Part shown: positions 48,401-60,579 of the stretch, in pieces | How positions within the stretch are numbered: position 1 is the first letter of the stretch | How the letters are laid out: every line of letters starts with the position of its first letter | Origin: Callorhinchus milii | Lineage: Eukaryota | Direction: 5' to 3' | DNA: 64,000 nt | NCBI RefSeq assembly: GCF_018977255.1 | Contig: NW_024704742.1 | Coordinates: 6,636,001-6,700,000 of the forward strand | The notes under the pieces: model-generated | The model's database searches: none | What the model saw: the letters and a program-made list of their open reading frames with translations, nothing else | What the model was told of the DNA's origin: nothing | Made by a program: the position numbers and the translations under genes

Positions 48401-48659
48401 CGAGGCTCTGGAACTCTATCCCCCAGTGCCTTCGCCGCCTCCCCCCTTTCCTCCTTCAAGGCCGGTCTCAATACCTTTCTCTTCGACCGTGCCTTCAGCT
48501 CCCCTCTCGACTCTCTACCCCCTCCTCGCTCCCTTCCTTCCCTCCCCTCACCCTGACCATTTCCCCCCAATGCTCGGGTCCCAACCCAACTGTCCAGCGC
48601 CTTGGGATGTCCTCCCGACGTGAAAGGCGCTCTATAAATGAAATCTTGTTGTTGTTGTT
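45430..48659 (+). mobile_element. Full-length single-ORF L2 LINE (APE endonuclease + RT), disrupted
   Basis: ATG 45455; leader LSRSVLLSLR..LGILRR..RGANLSSLIPI; APE motifs LQNVRSL, ALTETWL, RRGGGVAL, ILGDFNLH, HGHPLDLVIT, SNHHFI; RT motifs [18 protein letters not shown]; (TTG)n tail; multiple frameshifts and a stop at 46768. Confidence 0.95.
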
Positions 48660-49494
48660 TTTAAAGGCATCCATTATAATACACGTAGCATATCACAAGA
48701 TCACTGAAAAAGTTTGGATGAAGACGGCTATTTGATCTCATCTCTTCACCTGTCCTATCTTCTTCCAATTACTGTATGAAGCAGTTTCTTAATTTAATCC
48801 AGTGTACTGCCTCTACCACCTATTGCAGTAACCCATTCCAGCTGTTAATTTCTGTTGTGTAAAGAATTGCTTTCTGGTGACTGTAATGAAATTGCCTTCT
48901 GCTACCCTGAGCCTATGCCCTATCAGCCTGCCGTCTTGGGGCATCTGAAATCCTTGTTTTAGATACACTTCGCCCATCCTACTTAACTCATTACATCCCA
49001 GGATCCGAAACTGTAAAGCGCTCTGAGACGCTGTCCGACGTGGAGGGCGTTATGTAAATCCATGTTGTTGTTGTTATAAATCTATGTTGTTGTTGTACCT
49101 CCGATATGTCTCTTTTCAAGGCTGAAAGTCCAACTTAACTAATTGTTCATCATCGCTCATCCCTGCTGGCTGTCATTTATTACATTCTCATACCTTTCAT
49201 TTCTTACGATTCCATTTATTTTCCAACAATTGAGATCTATCTGACTATTGGCTTTTAGTTGTCGAGTATGGCTCTTTCATCCTTCGTGTTACAATGCAAA
49301 ATCCAAAATTAGATTTGTATAGTGCCTTTCACGTCGGGAGGACGTCCCAATGCTTGTTGATTGACTCCCTCCTAATATCTATTAGTGCTTCACAAATCTT
49401 CTAGCTTGTCTCTCTATATACGCTGAACGCACTTCATCCTTCCTGTAGCATTTGTTGGTTTTCATTCTATGTACAATGTTCGCCTACCAAATGT

Positions 49495-50968
49495 CAAACA
49501 ATAAATTACATTTGTATGGCACCTTTCCAAGTCGGGATGATGTCCCAAGGCTTGGACAATTAGGGATTTAGATCTGAGCTGGGAGTAGGGATCAGGAGGG
49601 GTGGAGGGCGTAGGAGGGTGCCCAAAAGGTGGTTGAAGAGAAGGATCTTGAGATGTGCCTTGAAGGAGGCAAGGGAGGGAGCAAGGTGAAGTGACTGTGG
49701 GATGGAGTTCCAAAGGGTGTGGACAGAGAGGCTGAAGGCCCTACAACTGTTGGTGGGGTGGGCCAGACGGTGGGTGGGGATGGGGTTGGAGCAGCCCAGA
49801 GCCTGCTGAGCGAAGGGACAGGTTGATGTGCAGTTACCAAGTCACAGATGTAGGAAGGAGCAAGGCTGTGGAGGGCCTTGAAGGCCAGTGCAAGGATTTT
49901 GAATTCTATTCTCTGGGCGATGGGGAGCCAGTGTAGCCAGGCGATGGTGGGAGTGATGGGGGTCACGGAGCCAGGTGCGGGAAAAAACATGAACTGCTGA
50001 GTTCTGGATGATCTGCAACTTTAGGAGGGAAGAGTTGGGAAGGACGACAAGCAGGAAATTGGTGGAGTCAAGCCTAGATGTGATAAATGCATGGATGAGG
50101 GTTTTGGCTGCCTGAGGGGAGAGGCAGTGGCAGAGTCGGGCGATATTGTGGAGGTGGGCAAAGGCAGACTTTGTCATGGCACGGACGTGGGGTAGGAAAA
50201 ATAGTTGAGGGTCAAACAAGTTACAAAGTTTCCGGACTGGCTCAGTGAGGTGGAGTGTGCATCCATGAATGATGATGCTGTCAGCACCTGAGGCGCTGAT
50301 GGGAGCCAATCAGGAAGGCCTCGGTCTTCTTGATGTTCAACTGTAGAAAGTTAGCTCTCAACTTGATGTCTGACAGACACTCTGTGAGGACAGCAGTGAT
50401 CCTGGAGTCGACGGTGGAGGCAGAGCGATAGAGTTGGGTGTCATCTGCATTCATGTGGAAGTTTACTCCATGTCTGCAGATGATGTCACCAAGAGGAAGC
50501 ATATACATGTTGAAGAGGAGAGAACCAAGGACAGAGCCCTAAAGAACACCGCACAAGACAGTGCGGAGGCTAGAAGAAAAGCTGGTCGTGGAGACAAAGT
50601 GGAGAAGATGTAAAATATAGAATCTGAGAGGATCATGAAGGTTGAGGTGAGAGTAGAGATGGTGGAAGAGGATAGTGTTCAACAGTACAAAAGGCAGCAG
50701 AGTGGTCAAAGAGAATGAGGAGACAGAGGGAGCCCAAGTCACAGATGGACAGAATGTAATTTGTCACCTTTGACCAAGGCAGTTTCTGTGTTGCGGGCAA
50801 CATGGAAATCCGATTGGGGGTGGGTGGGATTCGTAGAGGGTGTTGCAGGAGAGGAAGCAGCAAAGCTGGGAAGCAACAACTCATTCCAGGACCTCGGAAA
50901 GGGAAAGGAGGTTGGAAATGGGGTGGTAGTTGAAGAGCAGGGATAGGTCCAGGGAAGGTTTTCAGAAG
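49495..50968 (-). mobile_element. Older L2 LINE, RT region to 3' tail
   Basis: MLPLGDIICRHGVNFHMNADDTQLY, VLTECLSDIK, ITSRLDS, LHWLPIAQRIEFKIL. Confidence 0.9.
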
Positions 50969-53745
50969 TAATTTAATATGTTTAGTTTCTCCTGTTTGTC
51001 TTTTTTCGATGCTCTTTGGGTTTCCTTAGGGTTTAATGTCTTCCCTTTCACTATTATATGCCAAAACAGTGTGTAGACAATTTTATTAAAACATAGTGCA
51101 TTATTTTCTTCTAAAATCCCTTCCTTCTGTCATTTAGCGAGGTCGGCACAAGTTTCTTGGTCATGTTTGTTGGTGACTGGCAGTAATGTAACACGCCACA
51201 TAGTACCAGCAAATCCAAACTTGCAAATGGGAGCCTCAGTGAGTGGGACAGATGGAAGCCTCATATCACTCATCACAAGTCTCAGGACTAAAACATTGCA
51301 AAATATAAGCTGAATGTTTTATGGACTGTCAGTCTCTACATTTGACATTGTTATAAGCTGCTGGAGTTTCACTCTCACAGTCAGTGGTGCCATCAGACTT
51401 CATCCTTTGTGGTATGTAGGCTGCTTGCGACACGTTCTACCTTACCTTTCGCTCTGTAATGCTGCTGTGAATGGAAGCAGAGCCGTGATTATCGTTTGCT
51501 GCACACTAATAATCTCTGCTAGCTGCCGAGCAGTAAATGATTTGATTTGAGGCACCGACATTCCTGTGTAGTACTGCACAGTAGCCAAGTTACCAGAGCA
51601 GCAGAATCATCTCCTTCACCAAATCTGTGAGAAAATGGAGAGCAGAACCTCTCAAGTTCCAAGAGCCAACTTAGCCCAAGAAGCTGAAAACAGTCAAAGT
51701 ATTTGGGGGGTGGGGGGAGGGGGTATTGTTTTTTCTGATCACTTCTAAAGAGAAGAAGTGAAGTGAAAACAATTGCTACGACATGTTCATTCATGCCGAA
51801 AATGAGCATCAGAGGACCATCCTGATAATTAGCACATAGCTGTCTGTTATTACAAGGAACAAATATTCAAATAATTGTTCATGCTGGGACAGCTTTGTTA
51901 TAAACAAGTCTCTGTTGTAAATTGAAATAATGAGTTGAACTCAATGGGTGCAATAATATAGAAATGCTCATTGGCCAACTTTAAAGCAGATGGGTGGGGG
52001 GTAGGGGCGGGAGGGTTAGGAGGCAAGAGAACAGAGGAAGTAAGGATATTTAAATACCTATGTCAAAGACTTGCGATCAAAGCTATATGGATTTGCTCCA
52101 CATCTTCATAATGAAACAAGTAAGCTTCCTGCACACTTCAGTGCACATGTTATTATGTATATGGATGCCTTAAGTAGGAAAACATGCAGCAGATTCTTTG
52201 CAGAAAGGCCAAGGTCACTCATTCTTTCCCTTCATGTTTCTTTGGTTTGATACTGATTTTACTCCTAAAGAGTTTTTTTTAGCGAAACCTTATAGTTTTT
52301 GTGCTGGTTACATGTAGCCAGAACAAAAGCAGCATGGAAGCTAACACTGGTTAGCTTTCATGCAGTTTTTGCCCAAATAACATGTCATATTTGTAGATGT
52401 ACATTTTATATCACTTTATCTTCAGATCTGAGCAATTAGAGAAATGAATGCTGACTCCTCCATCACTAATACACCTTAATCTGTTCTCTTACATCAGCTT
52501 TGCTAAGTCTACATGGGAATATACATCCTTTCTAGTGCAGTTAAACTGGCCCATACTAGACAATGTTCCCACTGTGTAACTAACGTACATGTACAGGCAT
52601 TGGCATTGGATCATATGCAAACCTTATAGCCTGAGAAAAAAGAACATTTACAAAATAGACTAATATACTGCCTGAGTTTATTTTATAAATTTCTTGTGTA
52701 TATCAACTGCTTGAACATTTCAGAAACTGAGGGGCAAATATACCTGATGGGTGTGTAACTCTTATAAGTTTCATACTTGTTATGCAATTGACATGTACAA
52801 AAGCCCTCTCTTATTTTTTTAAATTGTTTGTGTTTAATACTTCTGAGGCCTTCTGTATGTTTTATGGCTGTGTGTATTATATAGCATTAAGCCAAATTAT
52901 ACTCATTCTACAATGCCAAAATGGGCCATTTGGCCAGCTAGCTCGTGCCAGTGTTTATATTCCATGTGCGGGTACACGTATGTGTGCATGAAGAAACATT
53001 GAACTGCTGCTCTTCATGATCTGAAACAACAACTGAAACAATGAAATCTTTAGGCCCAACTGTTACACCGAATTATCACATTAATATTACATGTTTCACT
53101 CATGGAAATAAGGAATTTTAAAGGTTGGTTTTGGAAGTATTGATTTATTTCTATCTGGACCATTCATATTGCACTCTGGCTTAATTAACATATTCAAGTT
53201 GTTCTTTTCCAAGATGACAAAAGACAGTACAGACATAATAGTGCAAAGAGCCATCCTTTGGAAGCCTAAAATGTCATATCAATTGCATTGATTGCTTAAC
53301 ATATTTGTGTTCTGTGATTTAATAAAAGCAGATTATGAGTCTCGCTCCCAATGTAACATGGAAAGTGTGAGCTGGCTTTTGTAAAAGGCAGTAATATAAT
53401 TTAACAAGTGGCTTTGAAGTTAAATAGCCTCGATGAGTAATTGTGGAAACATTGAACAGCTCTTTTTTCTCCAATCTCTGTGTTTCTGGAACAGACACAT
53501 GTTTTATTCACTCTTGTGCATTTCTGAAGGTTTATTCTAAAAGCCTCAACTTGAAGTCAGCATTTTCCTTCTTCATCTTTTGATTTTTTTCCAACAGTGA
53601 TCATTTTCCTTATAATTCATTTTTATGTACAATACTTGTCTTCTTGGTGAGAGCACAGTCTCACTTGGAGAAACTCACTGTCCTTCCCTTTTTTTTTCAA
53701 TTTTTACATCTTTTCTTTTTCTTTTTTCCTCCTTATTTCTCGTCT

Positions 53746-54041
53746 TATAATAATAATAATCCTTGCATTCGATATAACACCTTATCACGTCTTCGAGACA
53801 TCTAAAAGCACTTCACAGAACATACAATACGGTGAATTGAATGTATATTTTGCCGGCAAAACACAGAAAGCAATTGCACACAGCAGTGTCCCACAAACAG
53901 TCGTGGATTAAGTCACCAAATTATTATTATGTATTTTTTATTGAAGGGATTGTTCCCCCCAGAAAAGCGATCCCCCAATCGACTAACGACTGGGTTCCTA
54001 CTTCCTGCTGGATAAACTGAGGCGTGTAAAGTAAGGAAACC
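53746..54041 (-). mobile_element. SINE family A older form lacking head
   Basis: CORE-like 3' part, Deu-type half and (TTA)n tail. Confidence 0.85.
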
Positions 54042-54469
54042 TCTTCTCTATCTCTCTCTGTTCCTCGAGTCAGTTGGGATTCTGGCACGTGCTGAATCTC
54101 CAGTTGTTACATAGAATTACATAGATGGTAAAGTAGCAAAACAGACCATTCTGTTCAAACAGACAAGCAATCTATGTCATTGATTATATTCCAGATGAGC
54201 CAACATCCTTCATAAACCCCTGTCCGTATACCCCTCTATTCCCTTCTCCCTCATGCATATTCAATTGAATTTTGTCTTAAATGCCTTGATGCTTCAATCA
54301 TAGCTTTTGCAGTGAGAGACAAGCTTCTCCCTAATCCCACTTTCCTGGTCCTCTATCATATATTGCAGGTAGATGGTAGAACTGAATTCTTGTACACAGG
54401 TCAAATCATTTCTCTTGTTTATTTAATGATTTTTCATTGTATTTCATCTTAATTCCTTCACGTATTTGT

Positions 54470-54752
54470 CTGTACCCTACTTTAGGCCCTGCGTTCGTTC
54501 CACCATCAGTGGCCGTGCCTTCAGCCACTACGCCCCAAAACTCTGGAACTCTTTCCTTCAATCCCTCTGTCTTGCTCCTTCCCTCCCTCCCTCCCCACCT
54601 TTAAATCCCGCCGAAATGCCTTTCTTTTTGATTGTGCTTACGGTCACCTCCCCCATCCCTCTCCCCCGACTCGTTGTCAGACTCCGCCACTATCAAGCAC
54701 TTTGGAACGCTGCACCGCGTGAAGGGCGCTATATAAATGCAAGTTGTTGTTG
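54470..54752 (+). mobile_element. L2 3' end with (TTG)n tail
   Basis: TISGRAFSHYAPKLWNS; gcgctatataaatgcaagttgttgttg. Confidence 0.85.
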
Positions 54753-55608
54753 TTTATCTTGTCTGACTCTGCAGCTGAACCCCTTTCTCTGGTTTCTCTC
54801 TTGTTCTCCTCTTTTATCTCCCACAGAACTGACTTCACATTCCCCTCAGGAAATAGAGGAAACATGAACATATTTTTCCAGATCTCTTTTGACATCAACA
54901 TCTTTTCTGGGTTCATTTTTAGTGCTAACCTAACCTTGAGGATATTTACCCTTATTGGTGAAATATTTCATTGGTTTACTTCCTCAAACAATGTTACTGT
55001 GCTCTTCACCCTTTTTGCAGAATGCAAATAGGAACAAATTTGCTTCTCCATTTGCATTTTCATGTTTGCCTACACGTACACAGTCACCACACCTAAGACT
55101 CTGCGAGCCGTTTTGAGACATTTCAATGACGTGATACGCTGTTACATCAAATGCAAGGAGTATTTTATTATTTAGCCATAGCATTTTCTCTAGGATTTTG
55201 AGGTTAGAAAGGTTTAAGGCAAACTGTTAACTGAAAGGCCTTTTATTAATAAAAAAGACAATAAACCCAATTCCATTTTGCTTTAGTCAATATTGTAAAC
55301 AAATCTCTATTTATGCTATTTTCAGTATTATGGCTGAGGTGTCCGACCATTCCTCTATTGTAGGCCTTGTTCTTTTTCATAAGTTTGTTTAAAAGGAACG
55401 GAAACATATTCCTTCTGTTTTAAAGTTCCTTGTGGTTGTTTTGGCTGCCGTTTGAGTATAAATAATGTATAAAACCCTGGAAAAGGGAATGTGATTTAGA
55501 ATGATGTATAACTTATATTTTTGGCATTGGATCCTTCAAAAGAGCAACTCTGTTCAACATTCACTTGTGGCATTGATTATAGGAGTTTCATCTTAAACTC
55601 TTTCAACT

Positions 55609-55828
55609 CTGTCAACCTGGCTCAGTTGGTAGCCCTCTCACCTCTGAGTCAGAATGTTGTGTATATAGTCCAGGCTGATAATCCATTGCATTGCTGGGGG
55701 GAGCTGCATTTTTGGAGGTGCCATCCTCCAGATGAGATGTTAAACTGAAGTACCATCTGCCTATTTGGGTTGATTTGGTGACACTTAGAGAAGGAAGTTT
55801 CTCCCCAAGTCCTGATCAACAACCCTCC
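55609..55828 (+). mobile_element. Deu-SINE family B 5' part, truncated by the Penelope-like insert
   Basis: tgtcaacctggctcagttggtagccctctcacctctgagtcagaa..gagatgttaaac..gtcctgatcaac. Confidence 0.8.
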
Positions 55829-55829
55829 A

Positions 55830-55937
55830 GATAAACAAAAACAGAAGTCGCTGGGGAACACTCAGCAGGTCAGGCAGCATCTGTAGAGAAAGGAAAGCAA
55901 GTCAACGTTTCAGGTCCACGAGCCTTCATCAGAACAG
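55830..55937 (-). mobile_element. Penelope-like element terminal fragment
   Basis: Minus strand ctgttctgatgaaggctcgtggacctgaaacgttgac..acagatgctgcctgacctgctgagtg. Confidence 0.7.
55901..55935 (-). ncRNA. Minimal type I hammerhead ribozyme-like motif (PLE-associated)
   Basis: GUU-CUGAUGA-AGG(C)UC-GUG-GACCU-GAAA-CG-UU-GAC: both core boxes intact, 5-bp stem II with one bulge, 3-bp stem I, stem III reduced to the palindrome AACGUU. Confidence 0.6.
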
Positions 55938-56294
55938 GCTGTCCCTCATACCTAAGTGCTTACAGACATCACTTGTAGCATGGGCTGAATAAACCCTTCC
56001 CCAAGGAAGCACCTAATCATAGTATTTTCTACTGTATTATAGTCTAGCCTTATAATAGCCAAAAGGATGGTTAATTGGTTGCAGGTTGCATGGCGCGAAA
56101 GATTGTGACGTATTGTCAAAGCATGCTTTTCTCCCAGAACACAATAGAGAGACTATATCCATTTCTCTTCAGTCAGTATTGTGGAAAATATTTACATTTG
56201 AGACGTGGTCAAATGTGAGTCACCGAGAACTGCGGTGATGTTCTGTTTTGATGCGGACCGTATCATTCTTTGCATTGCGGGTCAACTTAAGCAG
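55938..56294 (+). repeat. Direct repeat copy 1 (357 bp) of local duplication
   Basis: Aligns end to end with 57153-57508; roughly 20-25 differences counted by eye. Confidence 0.95.
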
Positions 56295-56304
56295 ATAAGG
56301 TTGG

Positions 56305-56541
56305 TTATTCACATACGCTCTGGGGTCCCAAGCTGTGGCTCGCACCAACCTACACCTAATATTTACTGGAATTAAGTAAGCAGGGTACATCCCTCTGGGG
56401 AGAGAGTGGACATTCGATTTCAGACACGGGATAGTTAACACGTGTGAGTAGCTTATGTATGTGGAACTCTCTCTAGTTTGGATACTTTTAAGTAGGATGA
56501 TGGGTTCCACTTAGGTCAGACAGCCGTCTAGCCAAAAAAAA
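56305..56541 (+). repeat. Repeat family X, 3' half with A tail
   Basis: ctctggggtcccaagc..ccaacctacacctaata..gtttggatacttttaagtaggatgatgggttccac..gtcagacagccgtctagccaaaaaaaa. Confidence 0.75.
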
Positions 56542-57152
56542 GGATATTTTCCCAGAATGTATTGAACGGAGTGGAATAATGTTCAGCCAACATCAGTTCA
56601 CTGACAAGCCTGGAGCAGGAAAATCATGTCCCTACATCTTTGTCAAGCGCTTTTTGAGATGGCGCTAGATAAAGGTAAATAGTAGTGTACATCCGAACTT
56701 CACATCACCAGCCAATGCTGCTCTATTCAGACTTGATTGAAATCACATCCTGTCCCTATGGCCTCACTGAGAACGATTGCCAAGTGTGTGTCTATTGGAC
56801 TGAAGCTCCCATTCATGCCCATGGGAGCTGGATTGAGATTTTCCCCCAAACTTATTTCACTTTCGAACAGCTGCCAGACAGCAACGCTTTTACCCCTTCT
56901 GAGTGGAATCTACCAAAGTCCCAGAGAAGGAAAGACCCCACTGTGACAAGGGATTGCTTGAGGACTTGTTGCAGACTTGGAATGAAGTCTTGACAGTCAG
57001 TGTCTTGCACATTAAAGAGACTGGATATCTACAGTGTTATTTCATCTCTCGTCTAATTACATGACTAAAAGTTGAAGCAGACTGTGGCTTTTGCAATTTA
57101 GGGATCTCTCTGCTCATTGTCAGAGGCAGCAAATGCAATAAAATTTATTTGT

Positions 57153-57508
57153 GCTATCCCTCATACCTAAGTACTTACAGACACCACTTATAGCATGGGC
57201 TGAATAAACCCTTCCCCAAGGAAGCACCTAATCATAGTATTTTCTACTGTATTATAGTCTAGCCTTATAATAACCAAAAGGATGGTTAATTGGTTGCAGG
57301 TTGCATGGCGTGAAAGTTTGTGACATGTTGTCAAAACATTCTTTTCTCCCAGAACACAATAGAGAGACTATTTCCATTTCTCTTCAGTCAGTTTTGTGGA
57401 AAATATTTACATTTGAGACGTGGTCAAATGTGAGTCACTCGAACTGCGCTGATGTTCTGTTTTGATGCGGACCATATCATTTTTTGCATCGCAGGTCAAT
57501 TTAAGCAG
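57153..57508 (+). repeat. Direct repeat copy 2 (356 bp) of local duplication
   Basis: See 55938-56294. Confidence 0.95.
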
Positions 57509-58269
57509 TGCATTCAATTCTGATCGCATGCAATGTGCCCAGATCTGCTGAAGGTAAATCCTCAATAGTTGATCAATTCCCCTCCCCTTCCCAACTGTTC
57601 CCGTCAACTATACACATCTCACTCTACAACCAGCCCTAAATCCTCCCAATACCATTCCCAAGCAGACACTTATCTAGTTCTTTTTAAGGGATCAAATTAG
57701 TATAGAATTAACTACTCGTGTTGGGAATCTATTCCACATGTTCTCTACTCTCTGAGAAAATATAATACTCCCTCGTGCTCTCTCAAATCACTTCAGATTT
57801 TTTAATTTTAAATTTGTGCTGTGTAAGTCTACCCTTCCAACCTATGTTAAACAGTCTGCTTATGGATCATATGTGTCTCATCATTTAAAGACCCAGTTTA
57901 TAATAAAAATAATCCTTGTACTTGATATAGTGCCTTTCACATCAGGAGGACATCTCAAACCGCTTGACCGGATTTTACTGTAAATTGTAGTGACTGTGTA
58001 TTTTGTAGCTAAACACAGCAGTGAATTATGTTCAACTCATCCATTGTCTTTTCTCCAAATTCTGGGACCTTTCTTCATAATTTAAGGTAAAGATTATACC
58101 AGAAGTCTTAGAATTATCCTGTTGTTCTCTTCTTCGATGCTTCAAGATTCTTTTAATGTCCTTCAATATTCTTTTTCAAGGCCCTTCAGTGTCCTTTTTT
58201 TAAAAGAAATGGTTAGATAGGTGTCTCATACGTAACTTAACTCACAGGATTAAAAAGGAGGTGAGTGGG

Positions 58270-58602
58270 AATAATAATAATCATAATAGAATTTGATATA
58301 GCGCCATATCACGTCTTTGAGACATCTCAAAGCACTTCACCAGAATACACTGTAAAATTAATTGACTGAATATTTTTGTGGGCGAAACATAGCAGCCAAT
58401 TGCACACAGTAGTGTCCCACAAACAGTCATGGATTGAGTGAACAATTTATTATTATTATTTTTTTTGAAGCAATTATTACCCCCGAAAAAGCCATCTGCC
58501 AATCGACTAACAACTGGGTTCTTACTTACTCCTAGGTAAACCGAGGTGTTTGGAGTAAGGAAACTTGGCCAAAGTTTCGCCCTGCCCAGGAATCAAACCC
58601 AG
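58270..58602 (-). mobile_element. SINE family A older long form (A-box end lost); a second SINE tail follows at ~58625-58720
   Basis: B box gggtttgattcc, CORE-like segment, Deu-type half, tail. Confidence 0.85.
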
Positions 58603-59384
58603 GATTACAAAAGAAGTAAGTGGGAATAATAATAATCCTTGCATTTGATATGTTTGATTTAGTGGTTATCACATCTTCGAGACATCTCAAAGCGCTTTGC
58701 AGATTATACTGTAAAGTGACTAGTCTGCCCACCAACTGCCCCCCACCCCCCTACACCCACCCCCAATTGCTACTGATGAGCCAGGCTGGCTGGACTGTAA
58801 TTAGCCACATGCTGGAGTACTATGGTACCACCTGGCTCAGTAGCTGGACAACCAAGGCCACCACAGAGGGTGGGCTAGAATCAAACATTCCAGGGGCCAG
58901 TTTAGCTGCCTCCAAGGACATGAATAGAATCTCCAAGATGACATATATTCCAAATGTGACCTTGTCGGCGATCTCGACAAGGTTTGAGCAACTGATTTTA
59001 CCTGATAGTCAAGTGCCCTGGAGGTACAACAAAATGTTTGATTAGGTTTGTAGACAGCAGCTTCGCATTGACTGAAAACCTTCGGTGAATGATCATCAAT
59101 CATCCCCAAATCCTTTCCTTCTGCACCTCTTATAATGATCTCTCCTCTATGTTATACACATGTGTGCAGTTTCCTGTTCTAAAACACATTGCTTTATATT
59201 CATCTACATCAAAAATTCATATTCCATTTGATTAATTGGCCCATTGTTATTTATCTATTTCACGTTATGCACTTAGCTTAGTATTTCAGTAAATGTTAAA
59301 GTGTAATGTTATACGAGCTTCCTTCAAGTCACTTAGGCTCATGTGTGAAGAACAGAGGATCCATAAAAGATCACTGTGGGACTT

Positions 59385-59600
59385 AATCAATCACAGACAA
59401 TTTGCGCACAGCAACGTCCTGCCGATAGCCGTGAAAGCAAATGACGAATTGTATCTGGGGATTGTTGGCCAAGATACTATGAGAAACTTTCTTCTCTCTT
59501 CAGATAGTGCCATGGCATCTTCATTAAGCATCTAACGCAGAAGAAACTTTGATTTGATGTCTCATGGAAAGGACGGCATCTCTGACAAAGCAGCAGTGTT
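59385..59600 (-). mobile_element. Deu-SINE family B central fragment
   Basis: caatttgcgcacagcaacgtcc..ttgttggccaagatact..tagtgccatgg..aaaggacggcatctctgacaa. Confidence 0.7.
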
Positions 59601-59796
59601 GAAAGAAAATTACACAAACGCACAGAATTAATGAGGCAGAGGGATCCACATACAAACACACAGAGGCCCATTATCCACACTGTTTTCAATATGTTGCGCA
59701 TGACAATTGTTATTAATAATAACCCTTACATTTAATATAGAAATTGACGATAGTCAAATCTAGCACAATCTCTTCCCAATTATATAGTTCACATCA

Positions 59797-60127
59797 AAGT
59801 CCTGTAGTGTTTTGGTTAGAGAACTTGCCTCACAAGTGAGAGGTACTGGGTTTGATTCCCAGGCTGGACAAATCTTAGTCAAGTTTTCGTACTCCACACG
59901 CCTCTGCTCATCAAGCAGTAAGTAGGAACCCGGTTGGTGGATCGTTTTCTGGGGGTAATAATCTCTTTAAAAAAACGACTGTTAGTGGGACTCTGCTGTG
60001 CGCAATTGGCTACCGCGTTTCTCACACAAAATATGCAGTCACTTTACGGTATATTCTGTGAGCACCTTGAGACAACTCAATGATGTGATAAGATGCTATA
60101 TCAAATGCAAGGATTATTATTATTATT
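59797..60127 (+). mobile_element. SINE family A older long form
   Basis: agtcctgtag..ggttagagaacttgcctcacaag..gggtttgattccc..ctccacacgcctctg..agcagtaagtaggaacc..tail. Confidence 0.85.
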
Positions 60128-60579
60128 GAACCTTTCACATCAGGAAGATGTCTCAAAGTGCTTCACAGGATATACCATGAAATGTAGTCACTGTGTTTTT
60201 GTAGGCAAACTACTGTACTGCACTTTTTGAGATAATTTGGCAGAAAAGCCCAATTTAAAATTTGGTGTGAACTGTGTAATTGGGAAGAGATTGGTGCTCG
60301 ATCTGACTACTGCCATCACTTTGAGGTGGAGGTGTGTCAGGAGGGGTCCTGTTTTGACCGCTGAACTAGAACAGCAGGGGACGTGAATCAATTTTGTTGT
60401 CTGTTCAAAATAAAGTTGTGAGATTGTCTCTTTGATATTAAGCTGGCTCGGTAGTTAGTGGAGCTCACTGATTTGTGAAGTATATTATTGCCCTCAGCTA
60501 CAGGTGAGAGTTGTTAGAAGTGCAGATATATATATATATCTCATGCTCCCACTGTGAAGATTCTACAGCTGGAAGTGAT

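Noticed and set aside
55938..57508. LTR retroelement/TRIM or retrozyme interpretation of the direct repeats
   Set aside because: No TG..CA termini, PBS, PPT or target duplication; only one repeat is linked to the hammerhead motif; the internal 102-aa ORF (56685-56993) has no gag/pol motif.
58773..58800. CTGATGA followed by a GCCA/TGGC hairpin as a hammerhead
   Set aside because: The second core box GAAA is missing (TGGAC) and there is no stem I or III.
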